From positions 32,001 through 96,000 of IMG/VR virus record IMGVR_UViG_3300046786_000502: a stretch of DNA of 64,000 nucleotides, one strand, 5' to 3'. Each line of letters opens with the position of its first letter. Position 1 is the stretch's first letter. The stretch is from a virus. Positions 59,752 through 64,000 of this stretch are shown piece by piece. The notes under the pieces are model-generated. The model ran no database searches. It was not told the DNA's origin and saw nothing but the letters and a program-made list of their open reading frames with translations. The translations under genes and the position numbers were made by a program.

Positions 59752-60217
59752 TCACGTTGGTAACGTCTATCCCTACCTAGAGAAGTTTTGGATTACATTA
59801 GAAAACCAAGCTGCTCTAGGTGGGGTAGATTGGGTAGTAGATGAGGCTGGCAACAAGTCAGTAACAATTCCGTTTAATGGTTATGAGAGAGACCCATATG
59901 CCATAAACGATGAGAAATATAAGTTTGAAGTTAAGATGATTAGATTCATCATGGACTCTGAGATATTAAAATATGTGCCAGACTTTAGAAACATATTTGA
60001 GCTTCAAATTATTTTAACAAAAGATCATAAAGCAATCAATTTTCCAGAAAAAGATTATCTTTTATATTTTCCAACAACCAACTCTTTAGCTACTCTATTC
60101 AGAGGCATACCAGTTGATGAAAGAGTGTGGGATGTAACGCAATCAGTTATGATTATTAAGTACGATACTAATTATTTTGCATCGCCACAGACAGAGCAAG
60201 ATCCAACACAATCTTGA
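59741..60217 (+). CDS. Hypothetical protein
   Basis: 158 aa; overlaps the previous stop. Confidence 0.55.
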   Translation: MLTNHVGNVYPYLEKFWITLENQAALGGVDWVVDEAGNKSVTIPFNGYERDPYAINDEKYKFEVKMIRFIMDSEILKYVPDFRNIFELQIILTKDHKAINFPEKDYLLYFPTTNSLATLFRGIPVDERVWDVTQSVMIIKYDTNYFASPQTEQDPTQS

Positions 60218-60393
60218 CAAGCATCTGAATTAGCTATTTTCTGAATTACTTCTGGTTTTCTATAGTCAAAGTTAAAAGTAATACATGCTACATGCTCACC
60301 ACGCATACCAAGAATCCATGCCACACCATTAAGTATCTTAGATTTCCATTCTGGCATATCTAGAATTGAAAGTCCAGTAATCTCTTTATTCAT
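60172..60393 (-). CDS. Hypothetical protein with C-terminal Cys cluster
   Basis: MNKEITGLS...CQDCVGSCSVC; ATG overlaps the HNH gene stop. Confidence 0.55.
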   Translation of the reverse strand: MNKEITGLSILDMPEWKSKILNGVAWILGMRGEHVACITFNFDYRKPEVIQKIANSDACQDCVGSCSVCGDAK

Positions 60394-60844
60394 TGTCTTT
60401 CCTAACTGTTGCTGCTTTAATAACATTACACTGACCATGTGATGGCCTTACGTTATCTATTGTATCAGTGCCACCCTTTGATAATGGAAATACGTGATCA
60501 ATGTGCAGTGACTTTTCCCATCCAGGCTTGCCACACTGTCGAGGGGCATCAAGATCAATCGGTCCAAGACAAATATGACACCTAACACCGTATATCTGCA
60601 ATACTTCTATATCTGAGTAAAACCCTACTTCACCCTTGTATCTTCTACCCCTACGATTACCACCAGGAGTACGCTGTCTCCAAGCCCTACGAAGCACGTT
60701 AATGTCTTCATTTCTCTCTACACGCTGCTTCTTCCAATGGGCTCTCATAGCCTCCCTACAGGGCGTACAGGGCTCTTCTCGCAGCTTTCTGGTATGTTTG
60801 TTATACCCAGACATGGTTCCACAGTTTTCTAGCACGGTACTCAT
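60386..60844 (-). CDS. HNH endonuclease
   Basis: CGTMSGY..H...C..C N-terminal domain; CHIC, IDHVFPLSKGG, N..PSH..CN. Confidence 0.9.
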   Translation of the reverse strand: MSTVLENCGTMSGYNKHTRKLREEPCTPCREAMRAHWKKQRVERNEDINVLRRAWRQRTPGGNRRGRRYKGEVGFYSDIEVLQIYGVRCHICLGPIDLDAPRQCGKPGWEKSLHIDHVFPLSKGGTDTIDNVRPSHGQCNVIKAATVRKDNE

Positions 60845-60892
60845 CTAACAATTATCTCATAAAACAGGATAATACGCAAGTATAATTGTCTT

Positions 60893-61087
60893 ATGGATCT
60901 TTATGATGAACTTGGAAATATACTTTTTAAGATAGGCACTGAGGTAAAAGTTCACAAATTACCAGATGGCAACCTTATATTAGATATTGATTACGATAGG
61001 TACATAGAAGAAATCCTATGCCTATTTGATGATTTCTTAGATTACCAAGAATATCTTAAAGAATCTCAGCCCAAATGGGAAGAGTAA
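60893..61087 (+). CDS. Hypothetical protein
   Basis: 64 aa; TATAAT-N6-ATG. Confidence 0.6.
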   Translation: MDLYDELGNILFKIGTEVKVHKLPDGNLILDIDYDRYIEEILCLFDDFLDYQEYLKESQPKWEE

Positions 61088-61643
61088 TTCTTGCCCCACT
61101 CGTAATCTCTTCTACCTCGTGAGCGTAATTTAGGTTTCCAGGGAAGAATATTAGCTCACCAGCCTCTGGACTGATTGATAGGTTGTGGGTAGGGAAGTTA
61201 ATGTTTCCACCTTCGTAATCATCATTTAGATATATAACTGCAGATAGTTGGTTCTCACCACTGCCAAGATCGTCTACGTGAAGGTCCATCTTTTTAGACT
61301 GTTCCCACTGAACTAGGTATGAGCCACCAACAAACTTACAATCAACACCAAATGTAGACTTAAATAGATTAAGAACTCTCGTTGTATATGGCTGGATAAT
61401 TGCATCTGACCTAGGTGTTCTCCAGATCATTCCAGACCACTGACCTGGGGTATCGTCTGCTGGGATGTTATTAACCAAGTCTATTAGTGATTGCCTGTCT
61501 TCGGCTGAAATAAAGTTTTTTACTCTATGTATGTGCTCTACACCAGATGCAGTTCGGGCGAAAAAATCTTCATAATTTTTACTACGCACAAATGAGTCTG
61601 GGCTATGGCCAACCCCTTTGCCGTTAATACGATAATCATTCAT
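61056..61643 (-). CDS. 2OG-Fe(II) oxygenase (P4Hc-like)
   Basis: LHVD, SAVIYLNDDYEGG..FP, IFFPG, HEV..ITSGAR. Confidence 0.88.
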   Translation of the reverse strand: MNDYRINGKGVGHSPDSFVRSKNYEDFFARTASGVEHIHRVKNFISAEDRQSLIDLVNNIPADDTPGQWSGMIWRTPRSDAIIQPYTTRVLNLFKSTFGVDCKFVGGSYLVQWEQSKKMDLHVDDLGSGENQLSAVIYLNDDYEGGNINFPTHNLSISPEAGELIFFPGNLNYAHEVEEITSGARITLPIWAEIL

Positions 61644-61705
61644 ATTAAAAGTATATCACGCTTGAAAGCTCGGCGGTAAATAAGAAGGCAATCCAAGCCA
61701 CAGGC

Positions 61706-61734
61706 TTGACAAATTCTACTATCTGCTCTATAAT
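61706..61734 (+). promoter_or_regulatory. Consensus SigA promoter, leaderless for thyX
   Basis: TTGACA-N17-TATAAT-N6-ATG. Confidence 0.8.
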
Positions 61735-61740
61735 AGAAGC

Positions 61741-62448
61741 ATGAATAAAGAAGAATCTAAGATTAACGTACTTGACAAGGGATACATACGACTAGTAGAT
61801 ACTTTGGGTGATGATCTATCCATTGTAAATGCTGCACGTGTTAGCTACGATAAGGAGAGCACAGAGTTTGCTGAGAGAGATGGCAAACTAATCGACTTTC
61901 TTATTCGTGAGGGACACACCAGCCCACTAAGACATGCTGCCCTAACCTTTGAAATCTATGCACCACTAATGGTTGCTAGACAGTGGTGGAAGTACGCAGT
62001 AGCATCCACACATGTAGATGACCAGAATGGCTGGAATGAATCGTCTAGACGATATATTACTGAGCGTGAAGAGTTCTATATTCCAAGTGCTTCTTCTTGG
62101 CGTAGCAAGCCAGAGAATAGCAAGCAGGGTAGTGGGGAGCCAATCAGTGCTAGTATTGGATTCTATTATACTAATAAGCTTAATGAAACTATTATCAAGG
62201 CAGAAAGCCTATATCAGGAAGCAATGAACGATGGTATTGCACCTGAGTTAGCACGTCTGTTCCTACCTGCATACTCGATGTATGTACGCTGGCGATGGAC
62301 TGTATCCCTACAGGGTGCTTTGACATTCCTAGACCAGCGTCTAGAGCATGATGCACAGGTAGAGATTCAGGAGTATGCTAAGGCAGTTAATGATCTAACA
62401 GCACAGGCATTCCCAGAAGTAATGCAGTCGTGGAAAGATTTGAAGTAA
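61741..62448 (+). CDS. thyX: Flavin-dependent thymidylate synthase
   Basis: AARVSY, GHTSP, NESSRRY, ELAR, HAQVEI. Confidence 0.93.
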   Translation: MNKEESKINVLDKGYIRLVDTLGDDLSIVNAARVSYDKESTEFAERDGKLIDFLIREGHTSPLRHAALTFEIYAPLMVARQWWKYAVASTHVDDQNGWNESSRRYITEREEFYIPSASSWRSKPENSKQGSGEPISASIGFYYTNKLNETIIKAESLYQEAMNDGIAPELARLFLPAYSMYVRWRWTVSLQGALTFLDQRLEHDAQVEIQEYAKAVNDLTAQAFPEVMQSWKDLK

Positions 62449-62563
62449 TGGCAATTGGAGACTATTTTATAATGCTAGAAGCTATTGCGTCTAGTGCTAT
62501 TGAAGGAATTACTCTTACAGAAGAAGAACAAAATAAACTATTAATGGAAGCACTGATGAAATA

Positions 62564-62968
62564 ATGAATGATATTGAAAAACTACAAGACATTAGCCGTT
62601 TGCTGGATGAAGCATACCAGCACTATTTCTCCTATGAGGGACACTGTAAGTCCTCTGAAGGCTGGATTAGCGTAGAGTATGGAAACTACTGGGAACGCTC
62701 TGAGAATCCCTCTGAGGTCCCTATCAGGAACGTCTGCATCTACTCATACGTATTCTGTGAAGAAGGTCGTAGCCAGGACTTTGCCAGCCTAGATGAAGCA
62801 CTAGAGACGGTACGTGAATGGCATGCTAAAGAGATGGCATATGACTATAATGCACCTGAAGAGGTAGCAGCACGTGAAGAAATGGATCAATTTGCTGCTG
62901 AATGGTTGCAGGAAATGCAGGCTAGTGGTAAACTAGAGGTACACATAATTGGAAATGAAGATGATTAA
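62564..62968 (+). CDS. Hypothetical protein
   Basis: 134 aa acidic ORF. Confidence 0.65.
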   Translation: MNDIEKLQDISRLLDEAYQHYFSYEGHCKSSEGWISVEYGNYWERSENPSEVPIRNVCIYSYVFCEEGRSQDFASLDEALETVREWHAKEMAYDYNAPEEVAAREEMDQFAAEWLQEMQASGKLEVHIIGNEDD

Positions 62969-63106
62969 ATATAGACATTATGGGCCAAACAGATTTGATT
63001 CTAGCAAATTCTATGGATTCTGCATTGACCTACATCCAAAGTATAAGGGCATAGATATTTATTTTGGTAGACATGTATTTGTATTTTGGAAGGGGTACAG
63101 GAAGTA

Positions 63107-63271
63107 ATGGATAGGGCAGAACTAATCCTGCAACACATAGAGCGTAATTTAGGGGCAGACCTAAAGAGAAGCACAAACCTACCACAACAGGTAGCATTTC
63201 AATTTGCTAAGAAGTACTCACAGTACTTGAGAGCATCATTCGATATAAAGGAAGAAAATGGATCTAAATAA
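63107..63271 (+). CDS. Hypothetical protein
   Basis: Short ORF; ATG preferred over the upstream TTG. Confidence 0.5.
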   Translation: MDRAELILQHIERNLGADLKRSTNLPQQVAFQFAKKYSQYLRASFDIKEENGSK

Positions 63272-63482
63272 CCTAGGTAACATCAGGCTCTCAGACTTTG
63301 AACAGCTGGGGGTAAAGGAATATAACAGAGGCTTCATAGTAGCCCTAGAGACAGTAATCAAGATTCTAGACAAGAAGCCTTGTGATGACTATAAGGCAGA
63401 TAACCAGTGTGAACATGAAGCCTGTGGATATGCTGCAGAACTAGCAGAAGGACTGATGGGTGTCAAGAATAACGTTCAGTAA
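63258..63482 (+). CDS. Hypothetical protein
   Basis: 74 aa, aagga SD. Confidence 0.55.
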   Translation: MDLNNLGNIRLSDFEQLGVKEYNRGFIVALETVIKILDKKPCDDYKADNQCEHEACGYAAELAEGLMGVKNNVQ

Positions 63483-63711
63483 GACTTGGTATGGGTCTAT
63501 CCATGTCAATGTATTTAATAAGCTAGCCATCTATCTAGGTACAAAGGGTGGATGGGGTCTTGGCTTTGAAATTGATTTCAACGATAAAGCCTTGACTCTT
63601 GATTTAATTAAGTTCTACATCATTTTTGAAAGGTACTATGACCTTTCGAAGCTTACTTATTTGATGGTAGATACTGATGAGACCCAAGACAAAGAAGAAT
63701 CCGTAGAATAG
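63460..63711 (+). CDS. Hypothetical protein
   Basis: 83 aa. Confidence 0.5.
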   Translation: MSRITFSKTWYGSIHVNVFNKLAIYLGTKGGWGLGFEIDFNDKALTLDLIKFYIIFERYYDLSKLTYLMVDTDETQDKEESVE

Positions 63712-63722
63712 GATAATCTCCA

Positions 63723-63845
63723 TTAGGAAGTTGCTTCCATATTTAGGTGGCATCTGCATACGTCAACATAAGCAAAGATATTCTTCTTAATCTCTGCTAT
63801 GTCCCAGAACGCTGCTGGCTTATCACAGTATGCACATTTTTCCAT
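63723..63845 (-). CDS. Small zinc-finger protein (40 aa, not in ORF track)
   Basis: MEKCAYCDKPA...VCRCH; TG-n-TATAAT-N6-ATG on the minus strand. Confidence 0.65.
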   Translation of the reverse strand: MEKCAYCDKPAAFWDIAEIKKNIFAYVDVCRCHLNMEATS

Positions 63846-63877
63846 GATTCAATTATAGCATGGACTATACTTATACT

Positions 63878-64000
63878 ATGGAAGAAACAATCTTGTACTT
63901 GCTCTATAACAAGGAGTATCATGCTGTCAAAATTGGGATAGCAGATATAGCCAATAGCAGGTTCAAAGCCCTCAAGACCAAAGGTTGGAAGCCTGTAGCC
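63878..64000 (+). CDS. GIY-YIG-like protein, N-terminus (3' truncated)
   Basis: ILYLLYN...AVKIGI; TATACT-N6-ATG. Confidence 0.5.
   Translation, partial: MEETILYLLYNKEYHAVKIGIADIANSRFKALKTKGWKPVA

Overview
64 kb of a large, AT-rich, tailed dsDNA phage genome, mostly + strand. The host is probably an actinobacterium (inference from WhiB, class Ib nrdIEF/nrdH, CHAP and M23-LysM lysins and leaderless genes; freshwater Microbacteriaceae-like is plausible but unproven). Gene order: end of the tail/structural block (1-4.4 kb); replication/recombination module (helicase, primase, SSB, DnaE, RecA, resolvases, Cas4-like nuclease); terminase; ribonucleotide reductase; secreted proteins; a tRNA cluster with long structured spacers; then an accessory region of about 30 kb. 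That region holds five paralogous Gnt1/GT60-like glycosyltransferases, four of the seven 2OG-Fe(II) oxygenases in the window, three SGNH-like domains, a carbamoyltransferase, a sulfotransferase-like protein, GT61, sugar-nucleotide enzymes and stress chaperones. Best novel candidates: (1) a phage-encoded hydroxylation plus O-glycosylation and glycan-tailoring system; (2) paralogous Lys-rich micropeptides ending KKD(F/Y)IY, coupled to the tailoring enzymes; (3) structured ncRNAs inside the tRNA cluster and after dps; (4) pervasive leaderless -10/ATG gene architecture. Product calls come from motif recognition by eye; no database search was run.
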